Position numbers and translations under genes: made by a program. Shown here piece by piece: positions 1 to 12,610 of a stretch of DNA of 64,000 bases. The notes beneath the pieces were generated by a model, which made no database searches, had not been told where the DNA came from, and saw nothing but the letters and a program-made list of their open reading frames with translations. Within the stretch, counting starts at the first letter, position 1, and each line of letters opens with the position of its first letter. Origin of the DNA: the human T2T-CHM13v2.0 reference genome, Homo sapiens; NCBI RefSeq assembly GCF_009914755.1, contig NC_060939.1; one strand, 5' to 3'.

Positions 1-269
1 TGACTGAGTGAATTGATTTTGTGGCTGTCCAGCAGCTGCAAATGCTTGTTCATTTGGAAGTTAAGCTCAGAGAAATGAGAAGGTACATCCTACATCCTTC
101 TGTGTCCTCTTCAACCAATTCACACTAATGGGGGTTATTTCACCCCATCCCCCTCCAATTGTATGGATACATCAGGGCTGGCTGATTAGAAAAGGTGACA
201 GTTCCACTGGGCTCATAGATTAGCATCAGCTAATCAGAGGTGGCTTCCTGGAGAAGCTAAGATTCAACC

Positions 270-441
270 TGCAGTTTTGCAACCCCACTGCACATAGAAT
301 CACTTGGGAGCTTAAAAACCCCAATTTCCATAGGCCACACCCCAGGCCAATGAAATAAAGATATCTGGGGCTGGGGCAGAGACATCAGCAATTGTTACAG
401 CTCCCAGGTGACGATTGGTAGCTGAGTTTGAAAACCTCTGG
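270..441. mobile_element. MER5-family hAT-Charlie MITE remnant
   Basis: Motifs 'gcacatagaatcacttgggagctt...ccacaccccag...ctcccaggtga...gtttgaaaacctctg' match recalled MER5A/MER5B consensus; boundaries approximate. Confidence 0.65.
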
Positions 442-1354
442 GTTAGAGGCTGGTTTTGAAAGACAGGGGTGACCCATGGGAGGGGCAGAAGGGTATCTGC
501 CCTGGGGGGAGTTCTGCCACTCTTCTTGCCTAGATGCCTGTGTTCTTTTTCTTTCTTTCTCTCTCTCTTTTTTTTTTTTAAACTCAATTCCAGCTCATTT
601 TCCCTGCTGACAAGTGGGAACATCTCCTTCCAGAGCCTACATTAATAACGCCTTGTATCCCCAGGGACATTATGAGCCTCTCTCTGTTCAGAGCCCCCTT
701 CCCTGCCCATCAAAGGCCATGGGCACCAGGAGGAGACAGGTGGGATTTACATGGTAACTCCAATTAAGACAAATGTCAGCTCCTTCTCTGCAGGCTGCCC
801 ACACTCACCCGGTCATGTAGCTCCTGCTCAGCGTGGGAGTTCAAGAATGCTTTGCTGTAGTTGTCAGGCTCCCATGGAAGCAGTCAGAAGGAAGCAGAAG
901 GAGATGGTGAGCAAGAGGGCAGGGCCGGCCCTGGCAACCCTGCTAGGAGGTGGCTCCCAAATCCCATATCTCCTTAGTATCATCCTATGGGGGCCACACT
1001 TAGAAGCTAACTTTAAGGGCTCCTGCAGGTCCCAGTCCCAGGGGCCGCAGGGCTTGCCGTTTGTTTCTCTGAGCCTGCTCAAGGGACCCCTACCAGCTGA
1101 AGGAGACCCTCAACCACAGTGAGGCCCCATGACCAGCGGCTTTGACTTCCCTCGGAGGACTGCCAGAAATGCAGAGCCTCAGGCCCGCCTAGCCCTCCTT
1201 AATGAGAACCTGCATGTGAACAAGATCTCCGGTAATGGAGACACATATTAACATTTGAGAAATGCTGGAAATGTGAAACTGGACCCAGGAAAGATGAACA
1301 GCTGCAGCATGCTGGGGATGGGAGCTCACCGTGGGGTCAGGAGCTCAAGGCTTA

Positions 1355-1907
<553 letters not shown>

Positions 1908-2374
1908 TCAGTATTTCACTGAAGAGCTCTCATTAACCCATTTGTAAATGGCAGCTCACGATGGTAATATAATCTACCCAACTTCACACAGGTAGTAGAG
2001 GCTGGAGCCCCTTGGAACCTGGTACTTTCTAATTCCAGAGCCTCCATGCTTAGCCATCATACAATTACTACAGTTTCCCTTTAACACCACCTGCTACCGC
2101 TACCTTCCCAAAAGCAAAAGCTTCCCCACCCAGCCATCCTTGGGCTCCCTTCCAACGATCAGGATATCAACACAGGGATAAATTGCATTGCATTACAAGT
2201 CAGAAGGCTGGTACCAGGTCCAGTTCCACCCCAGTGAGCCTGTGAGCCTACTGACTGCACTTTGCCTCGGCAACGGGCAGAGTTCTGCTCATCTCAGCTT
2301 CCTATCACCCCCGTAAGACTGTTTGGGTCAAAAGAGAAAATAACAGTGGGAGCTTTTGGAAAGCTACAGAAACA

Positions 2375-2610
2375 GGGTGGTGGATACAGTGGACTTTGGA
2401 ATCAGAGAAACCCAGAGTTCAAATTCCAGTTCTGCTATTTCTTGTGGACACAGGCAAGTTACTATAATCTCTGTGGGCCTCCGTTTACTCCTCTATAAAA
2501 TGGGAATCACAAAAAATATGCTTCGTAAGGTTGAAAAGATTAGAGATGGTTTGTTTAGAGGCTCTGGCACAATGCCTGGCACACAGAAGGCACTCAATCA
2601 GGGGTAACTG
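2375..2610 (+). mobile_element. MIR SINE, near full-length
   Basis: 'gactttggaatcagagaaacccagagttcaaattccagttctgc...ctataaaatggg...ggcacaatgcctggcacacagaaggcactcaat'. Confidence 0.85.
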
Positions 2611-3619
2611 CTCTTCTTTACCATCTTCACCATCATCATCATTAAACTCTTCCCTAGAAAGGAATCCTGGGAGTCCTGTGGGGTAAAATGGGAAGGTTCT
2701 GGTACCAAGGACATCAAAGAGGGACTGGCTATGCTCATTGTGTCCTGAAGCTGAGTGTGCTTGGCCAGATGGCTGGAGCGGGGCCTGGAGTGGACACGGA
2801 GTTTTGGAAGCTCCCTAACCAATGGTTGCCTGGTTAGCACAGTACCAGAGAGTTGCCAGATTACCTGGAGAAACTTAAATGTTTGGTTTTTTTGTTATTT
2901 AAATTAATTTATATGAAAATTACTTCTAGAATTTTCCTTTTCACATTTCCCTATCATCTTGTCCTCAGCCTTTTCATAACGACTTGTAGTCATGCCCAGG
3001 AACCAGCTGGTTGCACTGTGCTGTGATATAACATGCCCGTGGTGCCCTGGGCAGTGCAGAGATCCAGACAGCTATAGGTGGCTACCAGCAGATCCACCAC
3101 AGCTCTGGCCTTCCAGTTCAGACACTGAAGTCCCCTGTAAAAATGGAAACGTGAGTGGGAAGCACATAAAGTCATCGTGGTCCATGCCTTCCTGAACCAA
3201 CGAGAGAGAATTGATTTCTTGGATTGATAACAGGTATTTGGCTAGGCCCCAAAGTAGGGGTGGCCTCAGTTTGGGAAGCAACAAGAGGGAGGAGAATAGG
3301 ACTGGGCCTTGGGGCTGCATGTGGTACAGACAGGAAGGGATTCAGACCTTCGCGGTGAGTTCAGTAGTTTAGAAGAGGCCACAGTTAGGGTGGCTGAGGG
3401 GTGAACTCTTGTTGTCATCAGTGAAAACACTCTGAGATCCAGGGACAACATACGAGCGTCTGTAGTGGGTATGTTCAGAAAAGGCTTAAAAACTGATTGA
3501 GGATCAAGAGCCCCTGCTTCCCACAAGATAAAATCCCCACTGCTCAGCCTGGCATACAAGATCCCTCTTGATCTATCTAGTGGCCTATATCTCTATCTTT
3601 ATTTTTATCTGTAAAATAG

Positions 3620-3985
3620 CTTTTTTAAGCCCGTGATCTGAAGATATGGAAAGCATATGCATTAAATTTGCAGATGACTCAAAGCTGGAGGGGATGAGAG
3701 AATTAAGGTTCAAGATGATCTCGACAGTCAAGAATGCTGGGTCAAAAGCAACCAGATGAAATGTAGCATCAATAAATCTAATGTCTTGAATGTAGTTTCC
3801 AAAAATCAGTTGCACAAGAACAGGATGAGAGCAACCTGGCTGGACTGCAATTCACATAAAAAAAGATCAGGAGGTTTTAGTCTGCCTCAAGTTCAACGTG
3901 AGCCAGCTGAGTGATGCGGCGGGCTGGGGAGGGAAAAGAAACTTACAAAACACTCAAGCGAAAGCTTATGTTGCATTAACCCTTG
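3620..3985 (+). mobile_element. CR1/L3 LINE fossil, reverse-transcriptase region
   Basis: 3661-3693 translates IKFADDSKLEG, followed by degenerate QDDLD and KNQLHK-like blocks typical of CR1 RT. Confidence 0.8.
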
Positions 3986-4789
3986 GTGATGAGGGGAGAG
4001 AGAGAGATGATACTCTTTGTCATGGAGTGCGATACCCAGAAGGGATACTAACTTTAAGAACTGATCCTTACTGAGAACTCAACATGCACCAGGAAGTACA
4101 TCAGTTCATAAAATCTTCACAACATCTCTACGAGGTTACAGGCCAGGAGAGCAGGGTGCAGAGGGTGGATTTGCTTGCTTGTCCTAGCTCACACAGCTAG
4201 TGGGTGGTGGATCCGTGCTCTTGACCACCCCACTCTGTTGCCTTTCTGTTAGACAACACCTTGTCTACTTTCTCTTCCCCATTTCACAGATGAGGAGACA
4301 GGACCGGAACTGTGAGGACAATCTGTCTATAGTTAGGCAGTGAGCTGACTGCAGACTCAGGCTCTCCTGGGACCCTCTTCAGTCCTCCTTCCCTCTGCCA
4401 TGCTGGTTGGTTGCCATCCTGTTAGAGGGTTGAATACTTACGCTTAAAGATCTAAAGACTTCATTAAATTTCATGTGGCACTTACTCCACAATGTATCCC
4501 ACCTTACCCTGCCTTATCACACATAGTATAATGCAGAAGATTTAGTTATTCCTCTGTCCTGCGGAGTCCCACTCAAGGACGACAATTACCATGGCTCATT
4601 GAACTCCAGTGAGATATTCACAGTACAGAGGACATTGAGACCCTCACGGTACGACCCTCTACTATGTGTCTCCGTTTATGTTTCTAGGTGTTTTTAAAAA
4701 TGGTTTTCCAGTTAAACTGCTCATGGCCACCTCTCAGTCTTTGACTTCTTTCTAATTTGTCATAATTAACTAGGCTTTCAAATTAAACA

Positions 4790-5110
4790 GAACATTAATT
4801 GTGTATCTGCTATGTGCCAGGCACATTGCCAGGTCTTCCAAATATATTATCTCAGTTAAAATTATAACAACCTCGTGAGGTGGGTTACTGTTATCCTGAT
4901 ATCACAAAGAGAAAATTGACTGAATAGGGTGACCAACTGTGCTAATTTGCCCAGAATGGAGTGATCTCCTAGGACATGGGATTTGCGGTTTTAAAACCAG
5001 GACAGACCAGGGCAATTTGGGATTGGTTAGTCACCTCAGACACTAACTTTCCTGAGGTCACACAGCTAGAAAGTGGCTGAGCCAGGATTTAAAATCAGTT
5101 CTCCTGATAC
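4790..5110 (-). mobile_element. MIR SINE interrupted by MER81
   Basis: 'ctatgtgccaggcac...aacaacctcgtgaggtggg...gaggtcacacagctagaaagtggctgagccaggattt'. Confidence 0.75.
4925..5038. mobile_element. MER81 hAT-Blackjack MITE
   Basis: Terminal inverted repeats tagggtgaccaac ... gttagtcacctca, ~114 bp, internal 'taaaaccagga' as in recalled MER81 consensus. Confidence 0.75.
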
Positions 5111-5719
5111 TAAATAAAATCTTGGCAGAAATGAATGTAAAGGAAGAGTAAATAATAGACTCCGGGTGACTTTCTGGCCTCTGCTCAGCGTCCTTAAAGA
5201 CTTGTTTTGCTTACTTCCTTATTTTCAGTTCTATGTCAGAAAACCAGGTTCCTCCATATGTGAAACAAAGAGGAGAGTATCTACTTCCTGGGGCAGTTCT
5301 GAGCCCTGAGTGTTTAGAAAGAACTTGGCTAGCATTGCAGGGGTTCAAGAAGACTTCATTCCTTCCCTCTTCTCTGGCTTACATGGCCTGGATAGCTAAG
5401 CTGAGTTTTAGAGATGAGGAATTAATGGCACAGGGCTCAGATCTTAGAAAGCAATTCAACTGTAGTGCTGTGATGAATTTGGGGGTATCGTATGTTAAGA
5501 CAGACATTGACCAACTAGGATGTGTTGGACATGGCAAGGAAAGGTGACCCCAGTGATGAGGGACCAATGAATGAAGGCCCCCAAGAAAAGAACAAAGGAA
5601 CTGAGGAAGAAGAGACAACGGAAGGCAGACAGGGAGGCTGAGTTCTAGCCTTTAACGTGCTGTCGTGGGAAAGAAGATACCCAAGCTGTGAGGCCCTAGA
5701 GACCCATCCAAAACCAAGG

Positions 5720-5945
5720 GCAAAGTTACTGGGAGGCAGTTCTGGCTCAATGTCAGAAAAACTTTCCAACGATAAGATCAACAGAAAGCACTTTCTCAGA
5801 GGAAGATGACCTTCCTTCCCATCACAGGGACCAGGAAGGGGAGGCTGGGTGACCACTGCCAAGGGCTCTGTGGAGGGCATTCCTATAGTGAATATGAGGC
5901 TGGGCTAGACAAGCTCTCAGCTCCCTTCCAATTCTAGGACCCTCC
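5720..5945 (+). mobile_element. CR1/L3 LINE 3' end
   Basis: 'gggaggcagttctggctcaatgtcagaaaaactttccaac...aggctgggtgaccac...cccttccaattctagga' resembles the L3 3' terminus. Confidence 0.6.
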
Positions 5946-6769
5946 AGCAGCCATTGGCTCCCTTCCCTACAACTGTAAATATTTGTGCGTTCCCAAGTTA
6001 TAAAGTAGAGCTCTTGGCTTACAAAGGTCAGGACGACAAGGAACAATTTGCTTAGTGTTTCTTTAGGCTGTGTTGCCAAGACTTCTTGTCAACTGTGTTT
6101 GGAGTGGACACAAGCTGCAGGAGGTAGATAGATAGATTTGGTGAAGGGAGGATTATTCAAGAGGAAAGGATGCAAATGAAGATCATTCAAGAAAGCAGAA
6201 GCCAACCCAGAAAGGCAAGGACTCTTCCTCTGTGTGGCCACAGTATGTCACAGCAGAGCCCTGGCTCTCCTGGGTAGGTTCAGCCTTGGGGGCTTTTGTC
6301 CCCTTCCATAGGGCTTCCTATGGGAGTCATAAGGGTTACCCCCACCTCAGTGCCATGAGACAACACCCTTTGGCTTTGATCTGCGGACTAATTCTCCATG
6401 CCCATCTATGGGGATGAGGATGGAAGGGAGGATCACGTACTAAGTCAGGTTTTGGTGCCCACAGAAGCAGGCCTGAGTTTCAGCTCCCTTCCTGGGAGCT
6501 GATGCAGGGTGGGGTAGGGAGATGACAGGAGCACGTGGTGATTGGAAGTTGGAAGGGAGCCTTATTTTTGTTGCTGGCCTTTTGTTCCTTCTCAGTCTGG
6601 CTCCTCCACCACTGTGCTGTCATTCTCCTAAAAACAATCTGAGCAGGTTACTTCCCCACACCTTTCAAAGGAGCCCCTCCCCATTGTCCATCAACACAAC
6701 CTACTTTCCCAGGAGTGTGTCCTTTCCCACATGCCATTTCCTGGTCCAGAAAGCTTCTCTTGTCTTTGC

Positions 6770-6985
6770 ACTTCAGCTTCCTCATCTGAAAATTGGGGTA
6801 AAAATAGCATCTGGGCTGGGTGCAGTGGCTCATGCCTATAGTCCCTGCACTTTGGGAGGCCAAGGCAGGAGGATAGCTAAAGAAAAAAGCATCTGCCTCA
6901 TAAGATTGTAAGGATTCTATGAATGCGTATGTGTAGGGCCCTTAGAATAGCACCAGACATTTTGGGTTAGCTATTTCTGTTACCG
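6770..6985 (+). mobile_element. MIR SINE interrupted by an Alu stub
   Basis: 'cttcagcttcctcatctgaaaattggggtaaaaatagcatct' resumes after the insertion as 'gcctcataagattgtaaggatt'. Confidence 0.75.
6814..6882 (+). mobile_element. 5' stub of an Alu/FLAM (~65 bp only), TSD-flanked
   Basis: ggctgggtgcagtggctcatgcctatagtccctgcactttgggaggccaaggcaggaggatagct, then short A-rich tract; flanked by aaaaatagcatctg / aaaaaagcatctg. Confidence 0.85.
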
Positions 6986-7179
6986 TTTTGCTAGGGTGGC
7001 CAACTCCTACTCATCCTGGGAGACACCGCATCACCTCCTCTGTGAAGACTTCCTTGTTCTACTCAGACAAAGCTTTTGGTTTTTGGTTTGGTTTCGTTTC
7101 ATTTTTCTCTTGTTGTTTTGTTTTGCTGTTTACTTGGGGATTCCATGACGTTTATTTTTCAAGACGTTTTGTTGTTGTA

Positions 7180-7325
7180 ATTAGCCTACATGCTGGTCTT
7201 TCCCATTAGACTGGAGCTCCTTGGAGTGGGCAGAAACAGGTCTTACTCTGCCCTCGGTGGCCAGCATGACGTCTGGCACCTGGCAAGGGCTTCAGAAACT
7301 ATTGTTTCCCAAAGGAATGGAAAAA
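7180..7325 (+). mobile_element. L2 LINE 3' end
   Basis: 'cccattagactggagctccttggag...tctggcacctggcaagggcttcagaaactattg...aatgaat'. Confidence 0.65.
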
Positions 7326-8439
7326 TGAATAGATTAGAAAGCACCTCAGTGGTCCAGGGATCTGTTCCCTGGTGCTTATTAGGATGATGTTGTCCCAGCC
7401 TCAAGAGACCTGCTCCTTTCCGCACCTCCACCTCTGTCCCTCCCCTTCATCTTCACGTCATTGGAGAGACATTTCATTTTCCCACTTCCTCAAAACGTTT
7501 TGAATTTGGAAAATAGCAATCGTTTAGGAAAATGGGTAATTACCAAAGGCACAATCATGGAAAACATGTAACTCCTTGAGTCTTACTGAAATGTCAAGGA
7601 CTTGATTAGAGGGAGCCCCGGCCCTGGTGATCTGAAGAAAATATGATCTGTTTGTCCTAGAGGGGAAAGAAGGATCACTCTTTATTTACAAACCAGCCAG
7701 GCTAATCCCTTCTGACAATATGGGAAGTCATTCTGCTCTGCCGAAGCACTGTTTCAGGGCTCCCTTAAGGAAGAACTATCTTCTACTCAATTAAAGCAAA
7801 GCCTGAACTCGCTTTGACCCCGTCATTCCACAGCCAGGAAAGCAGGCTCCGCTCCTTCCAGCAGGGTGGCTGCCCGGGCTCCAGGCCGAACTCTTTTTCA
7901 TCAGGATGTCTCAAGCATTTACTGGGGTGAGAAACTGGGGAGTGGAAACCATCCCTCCCTGGTTCCTTCAGCCTGGCCCAGCCTTGGGTGCTAAGAAAGA
8001 GAGCTGCCGGAGAGGGAGATGGATAAAGTGTCCCTCGGGCCACCTCGGCCTGCCCAGCTCCTGGGGAGGCCCCAGCAGTCAGAATCAATGAGCAGCCACC
8101 AGCAGCAGGTAGGGGTGTCCCTGAAAGGCCTTCAATGCCCCACCTGTTTCCCCTGTCCCCTGCTCTATGTAGGTCAGTGCCTCCAACTCAGACCTGCCTG
8201 CCAAGCCCTGCCTCTGTCTGCAGGAGTGAGCAGTACCATTATTTACTGGAGACCAAAGCAAGACAGGCCGCATAGATGATCTTACTGGAAAACCACACAC
8301 TCAGCCAGTCCCCCCTCCCCTTCTCTTCCCCAAACACCACCAACCCCCAGGGAGGGAAAGAGCTTAGGCAGGCCAACTGCTGTAGGAAGCGGTACTTTAG
8401 CTGGGAAGATCATCTATACAGAAAAGCATAATTTTCTTC

Positions 8440-8960
8440 TTGCTCCTCTCAATTACAAAATAATAAGATTGTTAAAAATCCAATAGCATGAATGTCAATA
8501 TTGGCAGGGACAGCCACAGGAAATTTAATTGCACAATGGGTGCCAGTTAAAGATGGTATGTGCTCTTCTCGGCTTTTCTTAATTCTAATTAGGATAAAAT
8601 TTACTGATCTTACAGACTCACAAACAGAGGGTTGTCACTCCGCCAGGAATGGATCCTAACACTCTTGGCTTCCTTTTCTGAGCCTCTTGCCTTTTTTTTT
8701 CTTCCTCAAAACATCATCCCTGATTGGGACTTTTAGCTGATTTTGAACATCAGCTCTCCGGTTTCTTTGGCATGTCAGAGGGCCAGATGTTTTTTATTTG
8801 AGAGCAAATTGACACATTAAATTACACTGTGCAAACATTAAAGCCAGCCGAGGGTAAACAGGCCGAGATTCATTGAATTTTACGGGTCACAATAATGTTT
8901 ATGTAATTTAACAAATTCCTGCCCTGCTGCTGAGTCTCTCCAAGAAGTATTAATGTAAGA
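8440..8960. promoter_or_regulatory. Putative developmental enhancer / conserved non-coding element
   Basis: Apparently non-repeat AT-rich block with clustered TAAT/ATTA cores (ctaattag, ttaattg), TGACA/TGTCA, GTAAACA, TGTTTAT and TTTTACG motifs. Confidence 0.45.
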
Positions 8961-9140
8961 AAGATGAGACCTGCCCCGAGGCTGTCGTCCCATCCACCTC
9001 ACTGCGGCCTCTCAGAACCCTTGCCCAGCAGGTTTTAGAGTTGAGTAACTGAGTTCCCCTATGCAGAATTACTGCTTAGTCTGGCTCTGTCTTAAAGACA
9101 CAGCCTAGTTTCTTCCACATGAAGCCTGATGAAATACTCT

Positions 9141-9700
9141 TGGTGCTGGACATCTGCTGAGTTTGCCTGTCCGGGATGCCTCCACTCCTACTTTTGATAG
9201 TGGCCCTATGATTTTTCTCTAGGAATCATCATCCCATCCCATTTTCAGTTTCCCCAGTTCCTCTGGGGAAGATCCCACTCTCCGGCTCCAGGGATGAGCA
9301 TGTGCCTCAGGCCTGGTCCATCGGGGCCTTGCATCCCGCCCGTGGCCTTGGTGATTGGTTCAGAGATGGGAACGAGATCACATCTGGGTCAATGAGCATC
9401 CACCCCAGGACTTTCACAAAACTGGCAGAATAAGGAGCTCTCTTTCCACCGGTCTTAAGTGGTAAAATGTAAGTTGGGAGCTGCTGGGCGCCATCTGGCC
9501 ACCAGTTGGAAATGGCTGTTGGGAATGAGGCCAACACAGAAGAAAGTACAAACGGAGAAGGGCACATTCCCAGTGAGATTTTTTGAGCCCCTGGGTCCAA
9601 TTACAGCTGAAGTCTAACCTGGGGTTTTTGATTGTGTGAGTTAACAAATCCACTGTTTTGGTTAAGCCAGTTTGAGTTGAATCTCTATCATTTTCACCTT
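9141..9700 (+). mobile_element. MLT1 (MLT1K-like) ERVL-MaLR solo LTR
   Basis: 'gattggttcagagatggg...ggagctgctgggcgccatct...gaatgaggccaacacaga...ttaagccagtttgagttg'. Confidence 0.8.
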
Positions 9701-10179
9701 TTATTCAACAAAACAAAAGATTCGCCTATAGGTCTCTGTAGAGAATAGGACCTCTCCTCCACATTCCATGTGACACTGGGCTCCATGCTCACCTCTGACT
9801 CCCTAAAGCATTCCTAAGACTTCCTCCACCTCCTCTCCAGTCAGGCTGTTCTGTTCCTAAACACACACTGTGTATCTCACCTTGCTGCCACTTTATTTTC
9901 CTCCTGTTGCCTGCAGTGCCATTGTCCCCTATCTACCACCCATCCTCTAGGGCCAGGCTGAATTCTCCTTTCCACAAAGACAACTCCCTACCACTCAGAA
10001 CTCCCTCCTCTTAACTCCCAGAGGGCCTCAGTAAGTTCCACACCTCCTGGCCCTTAATTATATAAATTAAAAGTTATATTAATTATATTAATGTTTTGTT
10101 GCTTCTTGTATTGTATGGTTGTGTCTTCTCTTCTGTCTATTTATAGCTAGAAAAATGTCTGGCATAATTCTGGGCAAAT

Positions 10180-10360
10180 GAAATCACAGATTATTAATAT
10201 TTAAAGGTACCTTACAGATCATAAAAATCACCCTGCCCCCACAATTAGACAGATGAGGAAACTGAGACTCAGAGAAGTGAATTGACTGACCCAAGGTCAC
10301 ACAGCTGGTTTATTGCCAGACCAGAGATAAAATCGCAGCTCAGTGTTCTTTCCACAACAC
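10180..10360 (-). mobile_element. MIR SINE
   Basis: Well-preserved core 'acagatgaggaaactgagactcagagaagtgaattgactgacccaaggtcacacagct'. Confidence 0.85.
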
Positions 10361-11415
10361 GGAGCTCTATCAATTTGCTTGATTGATTTTCCAGTGAAGC
10401 ATATGTAGAGTTTGAATTGGGTTGGCATATTACCATATACTAATGGTACTAAGTCAGCACATTCAGAAGAAAGAACAGTAGACTTAAGAGAATCAAAAGG
10501 TATGTTTTCAAGTTCCAGCTGGGCTGCACGACCTTGGACAAGTCCTTTCACCCTTCTGGATCTCTATTTTCACAATAGCAAAAAATGAGGGTCTTGAACC
10601 AGGTCTGAGGACAAGTACTTTTTTTTGTGAGCCACCTCCCAGTGACTGATGGGGCAGCCCACAGCGCTGCGTGGGAAAGATCTGAAAGTGTATCTGAGCT
10701 CAGCAGGAAGAAGTGCTTTGAGTGATCAGCACTGTCTCTCTCAAGTTTGGGAGCCGGGGTCAGGGAATGTCAGGAAGCACTCCAGGTTGTGCTTCTTTAG
10801 ATGATTTTTGAGGTCTTTCCTACCCTGTCATTTGAGGTCATTTAAGTTGTGGTGAAAATGCAAATACAGAGCTCAGATACAACTTCAGGACCCCCATCCT
10901 GTTCTACCAACAGTGGCCTCCCTCTCACACCATGAAACTTCTGGACTCCAGGGACCCACAGCTGCACCCAACGAATTTCACTTTGGCCTGATCTTGGATC
11001 CACTGAGCAACAGAAATTTGGGATGTGAATTTGGTGGAGCTGGTGTGGACTAGGTCAAGCAATGAGAAAGGACACAGGATCATGGAGAGAAGTGGATGAG
11101 GGGAAGTCGGGGACCTGAGAACTCACTTCTATGTTTGCAGTGTTCAGCCCCTGGTAAGAGACCTCCTCCTGACATCCAAGGGGAAGCATGGAAGTGGTAC
11201 AGAGAGCCCCACAACTCTGGTCTGGGCTCCCGCAGAAGGCCAGGGGCCAGCACACAAAGGCCACTGTGAGGAGCAGACATCCGATGGACCAGCTTCTGAG
11301 GTGTCAGAGAGAGACTGACTCAAAGGCTCCATCCCACATCTGAAGGTCTGGACTTTCACCGGGAGCTCTTTCTTCCTTATTTTATGTAAACTTCAAGTGG
11401 AGATCGTAGTCCTAA

Positions 11416-11905
<490 letters not shown>

Positions 11906-11944
11906 TAGAGATGCAAAATTGAGTGAGACACATATTACTTGGCT

Positions 11945-12610
11945 CTCTTTCAGTTACAAGTGGCAGGAATAAAATCTAAAGTAGTTATAGGAAAAGAAAG
12001 GAAGGAAGGAAGGAACAAACGAACGAACAAATGAAGGAAGGAAGGAAGGGAGTGGGGAGGGAAAGAGAAAGAAAGAAAAGAGAGAGAAAGAAAGAGAGAG
12101 AGAGAGAAGGAGGGAGGGAGGGAGGAAAGAAGGAAGGGGAGAGAGAAAGAAGGAAAGAAAGAAAGAAAAAGAAGAAAGAAAGAAAGAAAAAGAAAGAAAA
12201 GAGAAAGAAAGAAACAAAGAAAGAAAGAAACAAAGAAAGAAAGAGAATAGAGATTATTTCTATTCGCTTGTAGAAGTAATCTACCTACCTTCAGGATAGC
12301 TGTATCCAGAAACTCAAATGATAGCATTGAAGATGGCCATCTCTCTCTCTCCCACCTCCCTTTATCTCTCCTACTGGCTCTCTACATGTCACAGGCAAGA
12401 TGAGTATTGGAAGCCCTGCCACTTTAGCAAGCCCAGAGCAGAAGGAAGGAAGGCTTCTGACTGGCCTGGCCTCGGGTCATGTGGCCAGGGAGCAGGCAGG
12501 ATCAGCCCCATCCAATCCTGGTGGAAAGAATTCTCTATAGGAAGGAAAGGTTCTACTCTAAGAGGCAACAAGTAAGCACAGCTCAGTGAAGTAAAACCAC
12601 AGAGGTATTT
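11945..12610 (-). mobile_element. MLT1 LTR interrupted by a GA-rich simple repeat
   Basis: 'tttcagttacaagtggcagg' and 'cttcaggatagctgtatccagaaactcaaatgat...tctgactggcctggcctcgggtcatgtg' are antisense MLT1 motifs. Confidence 0.6.
11992..12245. repeat. Compound (GGAA)n/(GAAA)n/(GA)n polypurine repeat
   Basis: ~250 bp almost purely purine on the + strand. Confidence 0.95.

Noticed and set aside
10600-10795. Possible ancient DNA-transposon remnant (also ~60165-60290)
   Set aside because: Resembles hAT-type MITEs from memory but is too diverged to name or bound reliably
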